From contig CAVRVY010000004.1 of the NCBI GenBank assembly GCA_963724765.1, positions 608,001 to 672,000 of the forward strand: DNA of 64,000 nucleotides, in the 5' to 3' direction. The notes under the pieces were generated by a model. That model saw only the letters and a list, made by a program, of their open reading frames with translations, was not told where the DNA came from and searched no databases. The number at the start of each line of letters is the position of its first letter. The first letter of the stretch is position 1. Of the stretch, positions 20,157 to 30,068 are shown in pieces. A program made the translations under genes and the position numbers. The DNA is from an uncultured delta proteobacterium (GTDB lineage Bacteria > Desulfobacterota > Binatia > Binatales > Binataceae).

Positions 20157-20816
20157 ATGAAATGCCCACATTGCTTGGACAGCTTTCATGACAGCTGGGT
20201 GTGGGTTTCAATCGGTGCTGACAAGGACGGTGGTCGGGCAGTCGGTCGCACGCTCTGCCCTAGCTGCAGTCAGCTCATAATCTACCTTGGACGCTCAAGG
20301 GGATCGTATGCGACTGGGCAACCACTCGGCGATCAGACGATTGTCTGGAAGCGGCCGGTACACCCATCTGGCACTGCACGGGCACCGCTACCCCAAGAAG
20401 TAACAGGCAACATCGCCGCAGACTATTTGGAATCGTGTAAAGTTCTACCCGAAAGTTCAAAGGCTAGTGCAGCCTTGAGTCGCCGGTGTTTACAGAACCT
20501 GCTTCGAGAGAAAGCGAACGTGAAGCCCTCAGACCTCTATGCGGAAATTGAAGAAGTAATAAAATCCGGGAAGCTGCCCTCCCATCTGTCCGAGATGCTT
20601 CACGCGGTCCGTGTGATTGGTAACTTTGCTGCGCATCCGTTGAAGAGCACAAATACTGGAGAAGTCATCGATGTAGAACCGAACGAAGCCGAATGGAACC
20701 TCGATACCTTGGAGGCGCTGTTCGACTTCTACTTCGTGCAGCCGGCTCGGGCCGCTGCCAAGAAGGCTGCGCTCAATCAAAAACTGGCGGACGCTGGCAA
20801 GCTACCTCTAAAGTAG
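20157..20816 (+). CDS. DUF4145 domain protein with N-terminal zinc ribbon
   Basis: CPHC/CPSC, SKASAALSRRCLQ, RVIGNFAAH. Confidence 0.88.
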   Translation: MKCPHCLDSFHDSWVWVSIGADKDGGRAVGRTLCPSCSQLIIYLGRSRGSYATGQPLGDQTIVWKRPVHPSGTARAPLPQEVTGNIAADYLESCKVLPESSKASAALSRRCLQNLLREKANVKPSDLYAEIEEVIKSGKLPSHLSEMLHAVRVIGNFAAHPLKSTNTGEVIDVEPNEAEWNLDTLEALFDFYFVQPARAAAKKAALNQKLADAGKLPLK

Positions 20817-20848
20817 AAGACCCCACAGAGACTAGCTGGGGCACGGGG

Positions 20849-21478
20849 ATGAAGCGCATAGCAGACCTCGATAGCGGTACCGGCTATAGCTCGCCGACAC
20901 CCGTCGTCTCTTTCGATGCCGTCGTGAAACACATGGCTACATCGAAGGGCAAGAGGCAGAGAGAAAACTGGGCGCTCCGCAGGTTCTTCGACATCTACAA
21001 TAGCGAAAGCCCCGAGCCATTCGAATGGGTGGAATACAGCGAGTCGCCGGACTACCGGGTGTTCAGACAACCTAATTCTTCACCGCTTCCAGTTGAGGTA
21101 ACGGAGTTGCTGGAACCCGAGCGTCAGCGTGATAGGGAATACAAGGATGCATATGCGCGAATGAAGTCCCGAGGTGTTGACTATGATGCGCGCTTGGCTT
21201 TGCCAGTGCCGCCGAACTTCGAGAACGACCTAGTTACGCGCGCGCGCAGCCAGCTCGCAGATAAGTTCCTGAAAGCATACCCGAGTGGCACCTGGCTGAT
21301 TGTTTATTTCAATCTCACTCTCTAGCTACCCTTTTGGAACGACGAACTTGCTTTTGGCATGAGTATCCTCCAGAGAGCATTAGGTTCATTACCCCCGCCC
21401 GAGATGGTCGAGAAACTATGGTTGCTCACGAATGACGCACGGATCGCGAGCCTCGATTTCAGGCAGTTCTGTGGCTGA
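20849..21478 (+). pseudogene. PD-(D/E)xK-like hypothetical protein interrupted by an in-frame TAG
   Basis: ESPDY...VEVTE motif; TAG at 21323-21325, then 50 more sense codons to TGA 21476-21478. Confidence 0.55.
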
Positions 21479-21551
21479 CGGCCGGTTCTGTTACGCATTG
21501 ATACTCGTGACCTTGGTCTGACTTAAGACCGCTCTCACGTAGGAGGCGACA

Positions 21552-22759
21552 ATGGCGCGCAAGGACCGTAAGGATCGGGGTCTGTTCGAACGGCCAGCGG
21601 GTTCAGGCATTTACTGGATTCGCTACGCAGGACCGGATGGACGCGAACACATGGAGCGCGGCGGGACGAAGAGCGAAGCGCGCACTTCGTACATGCGGCG
21701 CCGAACTGAAATCCATGACGGCACCTGGAAATCGCCACGCGAGCGTCGCGCCGCGCGCCGCGAGGCTCTTGAGCCCACGACGAACGGATCATCTCTTTCG
21801 CTCGGCAACTTCGCACGCGCGTGGCTCGAAGAGCGCACGCCGCATCTCACTGAGCCCGTGCGGTACGACTACAAGCTGCTGCTCAACAGCTTCGTGTATG
21901 GACACGCGCTCGCAAGCAAGCCGCTAGCCGAAGTGAATGACGGCGATATCTCGCGGCTCATCAAGGACATCAGCGAGCGCAAGGGCCGCGGCAGCAAGCC
22001 GCTTTCGCCGCGCCGCATCAACATGGTGATTGGCCGGCTCCGTACCATCTTCGCGACCGCACACCGGCGCAAACTGATAGCGGATGACCCGATGCAATAC
22101 GTCGCGAACCTGCGCGAGCCAAAGTCTGACGTTGACCCGTTCGATCTTGGCGAGGCGCTTCGAATCATCGAGGCCGCGCACGGCTGGGAGCGTGCCTTCC
22201 TTACGGTGCTGATATTCACCGGCATGCGACCTAACGAGGCGCTGGCGCTCGCCTGGAATTCCATCGACTTCGAGCACGGCCTGATTCGCATAGGCGCACG
22301 GTGCATCGACGCTTCGGCTTCGGACTGCCCAAGACGCGCGGCTCCGAGCGCGACATCGAGATGAGCGGCGTTGTGCGGGCGGAGCTTCAGGAGCAACGGG
22401 CGCGCTCGCAGCTTCGCGGGGAACTGGTGTTCCCCTCAGAGGCCGGCACGACGATCGATCTCGCCAACTTCCGCGCGCGCAACTGGCCGCGGATCCTGCG
22501 CCAAGCCAAGGTGAGGTCGCGAGTCGTCTACCAGTGCCGGCACACGTTCGCACGTCTCGCGCTCGAACAGGGCGACACGCCGCAGCACGTCGCGGCGATG
22601 CTCGGACACACGACACTCGAAATGCTCTTCCGCGTTTACAGCCGCTGGATGAGCCGGCCCGAGTCGAGCGCCCTCGCCCGCCTCGACGCTGCGATCCGCG
22701 CGCATTCTAGTCACGGTTCCAGTCACGGTTCGGGGCTGAAATCGGGTGAAAACCAGTGA
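21552..22759 (+). pseudogene. int: Tyrosine integrase, split by a 1-bp frameshift at about 22293
   Basis: TGMRPNE in one frame; PKT, YQCRHTFA, LGH and RVY in the next; adding one base restores LIRIRRTVH. Confidence 0.92.
22708..22733 (+). repeat. Integrase arm-type site, right (2x AGTCACGGTT)
   Basis: Matches 13398-13423. Confidence 0.75.
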
Positions 22760-22846
22760 AATCCAGTTTACCGGCGAAGTGCGCCAAGTCCTTCTCTGCC
22801 AAAGAAAATCCGCACACGGCAAGGCTTTTGCGTAGCGGCGCGAACT

Positions 22847-22894
22847 AGCTTCCCAAGCTGGACGTCGCCGGTTCGACCCCGGTCGCCCGCTCCA
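22847..22894 (+). repeat. Distal att copy: 3' 48 bp of tRNA-Gly
   Basis: Identical to 13282-13329. Confidence 0.95.
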
Positions 22895-23132
22895 GTAATT
22901 CTCTCATGCAGTGGACCAAGTGGTTTCCCAAGCGCCTCGCGCGTACAGAGCCTCAAGCACCCAGCCCGGAAGAGCGTCCAGCTGGGCATCCAGCGCCAGC
23001 GTTTGAGACGGCCCTATGCGCGAGATGCCGGCGCTCCTTGCGGCGTAACTCGCATCAAGTACGCGCGGGCCGCGCGCGCGAGCGTAACGCGCCTCGCGAT
23101 GAGTTAGGACGCTTTCTCGCCCGAGCTGCGAA

Positions 23133-23951
23133 ATGAGCTTCGCGTTGGTTTTGAGTTTCATCGCTTATGCGATTTTCGTGCTTGGAATGCTCGCTTCGGC
23201 ATTATGCGATCCTGAGCAAGACGCCACCCGTACCGGCGGTCAATCCGACAAACCAGAAGCTCCAGCCAAGCAACGCCTAGGTAAGACGATGTCGGATTAT
23301 GAACGCAGAATAGTCTATCTGACCGCGCTCATTGCCTCCGTAACTTGTGGTTATGCGCTCGTCGCTGCATTTCAATGGCGCGCCATGATCGTGAGCAACG
23401 ACACGACCAGGCAAGCTCTTGTAAGTGTTCAGCGCGCGTTCGTATTTCCAGATGTGGCGGGCCCGATTGAAGTGATGTTCGACCCTGGACCAAAAGGTAA
23501 GCTTACTCCTCTCGATTTTTTCCTGCATTGGAAAAACTCCGGTACGACTCCCGCGCGCCATTGCCTTTTAGATGTAAATTCGAAAAACACTGAGCAATTA
23601 CTGCCAGACGATTTTGCCTTTTCTGATTCCAGCGATGTTCCGAAGGCGATTACAATACCACCAATGACAGTAGTCACAGGTGGCGAAATACAGTTAACCC
23701 CTGATACCGTGATGTGGTACATGGCTAATCCCTCCCGCATTCTGTACATTTGGGGCTGGGTAAAATATCGGGACGTTTTTCCGGGCAGTCCGCCGCATTT
23801 AACTGAATATTGCGTTTACTCCTCGGATATTCCTCCAACTCCTGACCCGAAAAGCGGTCAGCTGCCCATAAAATTTAAAATGTGCAAAATTCACGATTGC
23901 AGCGACGACGACTGCCCCGATTATCGGGCTAAGATCGCGGACTACAAATGA
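23133..23951 (+). CDS. Membrane-anchored hypothetical protein
   Basis: 272 aa, lower GC, TM helix followed by QRAFV...KNSGTTPA...GWVKYRD. Confidence 0.7.
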   Translation: MSFALVLSFIAYAIFVLGMLASALCDPEQDATRTGGQSDKPEAPAKQRLGKTMSDYERRIVYLTALIASVTCGYALVAAFQWRAMIVSNDTTRQALVSVQRAFVFPDVAGPIEVMFDPGPKGKLTPLDFFLHWKNSGTTPARHCLLDVNSKNTEQLLPDDFAFSDSSDVPKAITIPPMTVVTGGEIQLTPDTVMWYMANPSRILYIWGWVKYRDVFPGSPPHLTEYCVYSSDIPPTPDPKSGQLPIKFKMCKIHDCSDDDCPDYRAKIADYK

Positions 23952-24125
23952 CCAAAGAAAGGTAACTATCCCTTCACTGTAGACTTTCGATCCGCTAAAA
24001 TTAGACCCGACAGGCCGGTTTCTAGTTCGGGTTCGTCGGACGGGGGCGACGACCCGCCATTAAAATGCCCGCGCCAAGCGGGATTCATCGCGTGGCCGCT
24101 AGCGGCGCTGTTTACAATCTTCGGT

Positions 24126-24821
24126 TCAATCGGCATTGGATCCAGCTTCAATCCATTCATCAATAAGGAGATCGGACACTGGAACATTTTCGTTCGGCAT
24201 GATCGCCAATGCGCCCAGATAGCCGGACTTTTCGACATGGAAAATTATCGGCGTTTGATGATGGCCTTCGGCGAATTCAAACCCATAATCGATACATCCA
24301 ACAAATGCACCATCAAAGATGTCGGCGCTATTCTTAGGTTTTACGAAGACATCCTGAATGAACGGTTTTTCTTGGCCGGGGAAAAGAGTAGTCCCCAGTG
24401 TGTGCGGGTTGCGTTTTCTTTTTCTCAATGGATCACAGGTCGCTCTCTGCGCAATCAAATAATCAATTTGCTTGCCCATGCCCGTAAAGTAAGGGTCTAT
24501 GTAAATCCAAGTCCCAGCGGCAGGCGAGTGCCCGACATTGGACAATATAAATCTAAAGCTATAACGCGCCCCCCTCTTGTCATGCGTAAGGTCGTCGTTT
24601 GGCAAAATGACCTTGATGTAAACCCAAGGTCTTTGCGACATCTCAAACTGCTTCTGCGATATTGCAACGCTTTGGCTAGTGAGATAGGCGAGCCACGCGG
24701 TGACGCTAGTATAGCCGATTACAACGCAGAGCCCGAACAAACCAAGTATAAAGGTGCCCACTTCAAGGGCGTTGTATTCACGACATTGGGATTTGTTCTT
24801 GGAGTTATTGGACTCTGGCAA
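24126..24821 (-). CDS. Membrane-anchored hypothetical protein (IS passenger)
   Basis: TM helix followed by QRPWV...SNVGHSPA...GCIDY; same pattern as 23133-23951. Confidence 0.7.
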   Translation of the reverse strand: MPESNNSKNKSQCREYNALEVGTFILGLFGLCVVIGYTSVTAWLAYLTSQSVAISQKQFEMSQRPWVYIKVILPNDDLTHDKRGARYSFRFILSNVGHSPAAGTWIYIDPYFTGMGKQIDYLIAQRATCDPLRKRKRNPHTLGTTLFPGQEKPFIQDVFVKPKNSADIFDGAFVGCIDYGFEFAEGHHQTPIIFHVEKSGYLGALAIMPNENVPVSDLLIDEWIEAGSNAD

Positions 24822-24979
24822 GGCATACTCCGTAGAAGAATCGCGATCGGATCTGCGCTAATCGTGGTTAGTACTCTTTTGTGTTTTGTTGGCCCTTTCG
24901 TATTTTTTGGATTGATTTAGTTTGCGGCGTCTAGATGTCAATTGATTGTAAATTTATGATTCACCACGACAGGCCGGAG

Positions 24980-25765
24980 TTAAAACCAGATGAGCCAGTG
25001 GGGGTTTGCAGAGAGAAGTCTCTCGAACTTCCATATCACGCTCTTGACTTCACTGATGATTTGTCGAAGGAGGCCGCGTACCGAGCGTGTGCTGATGTCC
25101 GTCTCAAAAGTTATGTCGAAGAGCAATTTCCCCTTCACTTTCACTTCGGACTGTGGAGTGTTGGCGGGGAACTCCACCTCGGCGACTATTGCGCCATCAT
25201 CAAGGCTGCCGTCATTGAACGTTATGATTCCACGCGTACCCTGAGTCTCGATACTGAACGCACCGCCGCGGTGCATTGTTTGAGTCACGGTGAGCAACTT
25301 ATGTTTGTCTCGGGCATCAAGTTCTTGAAGGAGCCAGAGCAAATTCTTTTTAGGGTCCGGTCCCATATACGGTTGCAACTTTCGGATTTCGACGATTGCG
25401 TCTTCATGGATGCGTTTCAAACGCCATCGTGTACTATCGAAGTCGGCGGCCTTCGCATAGATAGGAAAGGCGGTTCCTCGATCGGCGAGATCGCTACCGG
25501 CAAGCCGCCACGCGAGGTAGTCGAGAGTGGAACGCATATTGTGGACGCAATCACCAATGAGCAAGGCCAACTCAATTTGCGGAATAGATTTACTGATTTT
25601 CAACTTGAACAAATATTTGCTCTGTTCACTGTCGTATTCGTCGACAACGGCGTAGGGTTGCGTTTCGCGGAAGGCCGCTATTTTTGCTGTAAGCGTCTCC
25701 AGATGTATCTCGGCGCGCCCGATTTTATCCCAACATTCGGTTAAATATGATTTTCCAACAGTCAT
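24980..25765 (-). CDS. Hypothetical protein, possibly HEPN-like (IS passenger)
   Basis: IGDCVHNMRSTLDYLAW...FPI...LQELDARDKH. Confidence 0.65.
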   Translation of the reverse strand: MTVGKSYLTECWDKIGRAEIHLETLTAKIAAFRETQPYAVVDEYDSEQSKYLFKLKISKSIPQIELALLIGDCVHNMRSTLDYLAWRLAGSDLADRGTAFPIYAKAADFDSTRWRLKRIHEDAIVEIRKLQPYMGPDPKKNLLWLLQELDARDKHKLLTVTQTMHRGGAFSIETQGTRGIITFNDGSLDDGAIVAEVEFPANTPQSEVKVKGKLLFDITFETDISTRSVRGLLRQIISEVKSVIWKFERLLSANPHWLIWF

Positions 25766-25807
25766 GGGATGGTTAGGCCCGACATTCTTTTAAGGGCGTT
25801 CTTATTT

Positions 25808-25948
25808 ATGGCACAGAAAAAGAAACCGACAGTAAAAGATGGCGAGATAGCGATTCCCGTCCCTAAGCGTAGCGACCTAGCGCGCGTGTTGAAGACAGCG
25901 GCGCAACCACTAAGGCCGCGCCGCCCGAAGAAGAAGCGTCCGGAATGA
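25808..25948 (+). CDS. Small basic protein overlapping the transposase 3' end
   Basis: Below the ORF-track cutoff; MAQKKKPTVKDGEIAIPVPKRSDLARVLKTAA... (46 aa). Confidence 0.5.
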   Translation: MAQKKKPTVKDGEIAIPVPKRSDLARVLKTAAQPLRPRRPKKKRPE

Positions 25949-26771
25949 CGATTGACGGTCGTTGCGATGATTATAGCGCCACGCATACTCGCTCAGGTAC
26001 GACTGCAAATGCTTGCTGGAAACCGAATGATAGACGCCGCCGATCCCGCGCTTTACCAGCGACCAAAATCCTTCCAGCGAGTTAACGTGCACGTCGCCCT
26101 CAACATAAACTTTCGCCGCGTGATGGACGCGCTTGTGCTGAAAACCCAGCCCCTTGAGCGGATCGTAAATTCCGGCCTCATCGGTATAGACAGTCGAACG
26201 CGGCAATACCCGCTCGATGACGTGTGGCAGTACCGTTCGCTTGGTAGTATCGGGGACGACACGGGCAACTACCCGTCCGCCACGTTCCATCGCGCCCCAT
26301 ACTGGCTGCTTCCCTACCGCTCCACGACCGGAACCAAACCGCTTATTGGCGTGCTTGTTCTTTTCCTTTCCGCCCATGAAAGTTTCATCGGTTTCGACAG
26401 TTCCAACCAGATCGCGGATATTTTCCTCGAACATCGTGCGTATCTGCTTGAACATCCGCCACGCGGTTTTGTAGGTGACGCCAAGCTCTCGCTCAAGCTG
26501 TTTTGCGGAGATACCGCATCGGGTGCTCGTCATCAGATACATCGCATAGAACCACAGATTGCCGTTGCTGCTTGGTCGCGTATCGCTGGAACGGGCGGAT
26601 AGCAATGCACTTCGGGCAGCCCGCGTGGGTTCCGTCCGGCGAATAGCGGTCGCGCCACAATTGCTGCAAGCAGGCCTCGTCGTCGGGATACTCCGCGATA
26701 AACTCCATAAGGGAGCAGCGTGACTCCGAAGACGCACGGCGCGTAGGAGATTTACGGTCTTTCATCTGCAT
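25910..26771 (-). pseudogene. IS1595 DDE transposase with internal deletion and frameshift
   Basis: N-terminal CPKC frame joined out of frame at about 26557 to LWFYAM..GISAKQLERELGV, VETDETF, VYTDE, NSLEGFW, EYAWRYN. Confidence 0.9.
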
Positions 26772-27741
26772 GAATATAGACTATCAAAACCGCGCTCTAC
26801 AGTCAAGGGATAATTACCCAAAGAAAATAGTCGAAGGTTTGAATAGACCAAAAAAAGTGCGCTCGCTTCCCGCTCGCGAACATACTACGGCCCCTCGGTT
26901 CCCTCGGGGCGTGGCTTCGCCAGAGAGTTGGGGGATCCAACTTGGCGCCACGCTCACCCCAGAGAGTTGGCAGAGAAGGTGAGTGGGGATGCTGCCCGGA
27001 GCATCGCTCGCAATCGCGATGTACATTCCACGGGGTTTTTACTGCCCCACGGCCGTTTGCGGAGCCTGTCAGGCTCCTCATAACGCCACGGCCGTCACAG
27101 CGCCATCACGACCCGTTAGTGTCTAAGCAGTAACGGGATTTGATCCGCTCTCGGCTCTGGCCGGATACCGTTCCCCTTCGCGTGGGCTTGTACTTTTGCC
27201 ACCTTGGGGCTTCTCCCGACTGGCTTGTCGGGCGTTTGCGGAAATGACCGGCTCGCCGCAGTGCGGCTATGTCGAAAGTGCGCAGCATGCTTCTTGTGAG
27301 CGTCGCAATCGATCCAGCCGACGCGTACGTCGAAACCTCGCGCCCGAAGGTGCTCCGCGAGTCGGAGCAACGTCTCGCGCTGCTTGCAGGTCATGGCTCG
27401 CTCGCGCGCACGACTCGGCCGCGCAGCTCGGCCGTCGTCGCGCAACGCGCTTCGCTCGCGCTAAGCAAACAGTCGACCCTTCGCCTTCGAGCTCGGGTTA
27501 AGAAGGCGAAGGGCCGACTGTAGGTTGAAGCTGACGAGGCGAGCAGTGCGGGCGCTATCCGCCTGGCTCGGGGCGACCGAGCTCCAGACGCCCCGTCAAA
27601 CTTTCTGCCTTGGTTCTGCCGCAGCGAGCAGGGATCAGCGTGAAAGTGAGTGGAATTGCGGGAATGCGGGCTTGATGAAAACCCACCTTTCAGGCGCGTT
27701 TTCATCCTTCGGGTTCCTCGTCGTTCCCGCTATTCGATGGA

Positions 27742-27761
27742 TTCCGAAGCTGGACGTCGCC
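27742..27761 (+). repeat. Degenerate third att copy of tRNA-Gly
   Basis: TTCCGAAGCTGGACGTCGCC, 19/20 identical to the tRNA anticodon-loop/variable region. Confidence 0.7.
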
Positions 27762-27949
27762 AGCTCACCGACAAAGTGGTTGATGTCGCCGTCGTTGACC
27801 CTCGCCGATTCGTTCTGCGCGAGCGGATACGGCAGAAGCAACGAGCAACCTACCGTGATTGGTTTCAAGCCCGCCATTTGTCCCTCTCCTCGCCACAGCC
27901 GCCTCAAACGTGGGCCATCACGACCTTTCGTCCGACGTGACAGACGCTC

Positions 27950-28362
27950 TCGCGACAATTCACTCAGGACGTTGGACAACGCGGTTGAAATTGCACGTCA
28001 CTTCGGCGCGGCGGTGGCTTTGGTACATGCGGTCCCGCTCATGGTGCAATTCGGAGACGTTCCGATACCCATTGACCTCTATGAGGAACAGAAAAAAGCG
28101 GCCAAGGCCAAGTTGGGCGAGATCGCAGGACAGAAGCTTGGCGGCGTCGAGCACGAATCCGTCGTGTACACAGGCGACGCAGTCGGCAGCATCTTGCAGT
28201 CGAGAAATTTAAGCCCGACTTGCAGGTGATGGCACCCATGGTCGCAGTGGACTGGCGCACTTCTTTCTCGGCAGTGTGGCCGAGGGGATAGTGCGCAAGG
28301 CGAGCTGTCCAGTCCTCACCATTCGAAGCGAAGCGCCAGTGGGGCACGCTAACAGAAACTAG
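27950..28362 (+). pseudogene. Universal stress protein, 5'-truncated and frameshifted
   Basis: DNSLRTLDNAVEIARHFGA..LVHAV, then [30 protein letters not shown] in another frame. Confidence 0.85.
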
Positions 28363-28387
28363 TTATTTGTAGGGGAGGGGGCCGGCG

Positions 28388-29140
28388 CTACACAGCGGTG
28401 TAGCCGCCGTCGACGACGAACTCGGCGCCTGTCACGAAGGACGCTTCGTCGGAAGCGAGAAACAGTACAACCCACGCGACCTCCTCCGGGGTACCCGCGC
28501 GCTTCATCGGCGCGAGCGACGAGATCGAATCGATTTGATCCTGCGTAAGAATATCGATCATCGGCGTCTTGATGACGCCTGGATGGACCGAGTTGACGCG
28601 GATGCCGTCCGCCGCGTAGTGCACGGCGCCGACTTTACTTAGAATTCTCACCGCGCCCTTGGTGCCGTGATACGCGGCAGCACCGGCCGAGCCGATTATT
28701 CCGTAGATGGAAGAGATGTTCACGATCGAACCGGCGCGGCGCTTACGCATTGCGGGAACCGCGGTCTTCATCCCCAGCCATACTCCCTTCTGGTTCACCG
28801 CTACCACACTGTCCCATTCCTCTTCGCTGGTGTCTTCGATTCGCTTGAAATTCAGAATGCCCGCGTTGTTCACGAGGATATCGAGGCCGCCGAACTCCCG
28901 CTCGCAGGTGTCGACGGCGTTGCGCCAATCAGCAGCGCGGGTAACGTCGAGGTGGATTGCCAGCGCGAGGCGTGAACCGGACTTGCGGTTGATCTCTTCC
29001 GCCAGTGCGCGGGTTTCAGTATCGAGCACGTCGGCGATGACGACCTTCGCGCCTTCATTGGCGAAGAGTATCGACTCGGCTGCGCCCTGCCCCCGCGCAG
29101 CGCCGGAAATGATTGCAATCTTTCCCTTGAGTCGGTCCAT
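28388..29140 (-). CDS. SDR oxidoreductase (3-alpha,20-beta-HSD / glucose 1-dehydrogenase-like)
   Basis: SGAARGQG, LVNNAGI, YHGTK, VNSVHPG. Confidence 0.93.
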   Translation of the reverse strand: MDRLKGKIAIISGAARGQGAAESILFANEGAKVVIADVLDTETRALAEEINRKSGSRLALAIHLDVTRAADWRNAVDTCEREFGGLDILVNNAGILNFKRIEDTSEEEWDSVVAVNQKGVWLGMKTAVPAMRKRRAGSIVNISSIYGIIGSAGAAAYHGTKGAVRILSKVGAVHYAADGIRVNSVHPGVIKTPMIDILTQDQIDSISSLAPMKRAGTPEEVAWVVLFLASDEASFVTGAEFVVDGGYTAV

Positions 29141-29351
29141 AAAGTTTGCTGCCTCCTGTGTAACGGCTGCTGCGATCTGGTCCTCGATACAGGCGATCGG
29201 AAAAGAAATCCGGCGTGCGGTCAGGGTGCGCTTACGCAGCGCTTCGCGTTGCACATGATATCAGATGGGTTTTTAAATTCATGGGATTATGGCGCAAGAT
29301 CAGAAATAGCGTGAAGGGTCATCGGTTCGATGCTCCCAATCTCCTTTCATC

Positions 29352-29825
29352 CTAAGCAGCCGGGTGTAAGCGCACGCGTCCATGGTGAATCGCCAAGTGC
29401 ACCTCCAGCACCAGATTTCGCAGCTTGTCATTCACTCCACCGCGAAGCGTCCGAACGGCTTCGCAGGCTAGATCATCGAGCGAGAGCAGCCCGACCAGTG
29501 TTCCGCCTGAGCCGATTACAGGAAGCCGACGCGTGCGGTTCTGCTGCATCAGCTGCGCCGCGGAATCCAGATCATCCTCAGCTGTGCAGGACACGACCTT
29601 CCGGGCCATGGCTACCTCAACTCGCAACTCCTCCAGCGGCTTGCCTTGGGTATAGGCGGCCATACAGATGTCCCGGTCGGTCAGAAAGCCAACAGGTCTG
29701 CGCTGGTCATCCAGCACCGGAACAGCCCCGCAAGGCTCCTCCCACATTATTTGCGCTGCCTTATTAAGCGAATCTTGCGGACGGCAGGTTTTGACGTCAC
29801 GGTTCATGATCTGCCCAACTTTCAT
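29352..29825 (-). CDS. CBS domain protein
   Basis: AAQIMWEEPCGAVPV, LTDRDICMA, RRLPV; two CBS repeats. Confidence 0.9.
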   Translation of the reverse strand: MKVGQIMNRDVKTCRPQDSLNKAAQIMWEEPCGAVPVLDDQRRPVGFLTDRDICMAAYTQGKPLEELRVEVAMARKVVSCTAEDDLDSAAQLMQQNRTRRLPVIGSGGTLVGLLSLDDLACEAVRTLRGGVNDKLRNLVLEVHLAIHHGRVRLHPAA

Positions 29826-30068
29826 CGCCGTCTCTCCGTAAAAAGGCAAACTAACCCCGCACCGGCTTGAGTGTCTGTCTGACTCGAGCCGTACAGCAGA
29901 TCAGACGACGACGCGTTGACAATGACACCTGAGCGCCGCTCGCACCTGCTCTTTGTCCGTGGCTCACTTATGGCATTCAGGAGATCGGCGGTAAACCGAT
30001 CCAGAATCCAAAAATGTCGGCCGGTCTTCAGCTGACTCGAAAGTACAGAGGTCTATGGCCCCGGCATA

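Larger units (their letters stand above)
23961..26818 (-). mobile_element. IS1595-family element carrying passenger genes
   Basis: 23-bp TIRs at 23961-23983 and 26796-26818 (21/23); 8-bp TSD CAAAGAAA at 23953-23960 and 26819-26826. Confidence 0.92.

Noticed and set aside
21323-21325. Pyrrolysine or programmed TAG readthrough
   Set aside because: No pyl genes seen and other TAG codons act as true stops; a nonsense mutation or sequencing error is simpler.
22847-22894. Second tRNA-Gly gene
   Set aside because: Lacks the 5' acceptor strand and D-arm; it is the att duplicate.
13330-27800. Prophage or conjugative element
   Set aside because: No capsid, portal, terminase, tail, lysis, relaxase or T4SS genes recognised.
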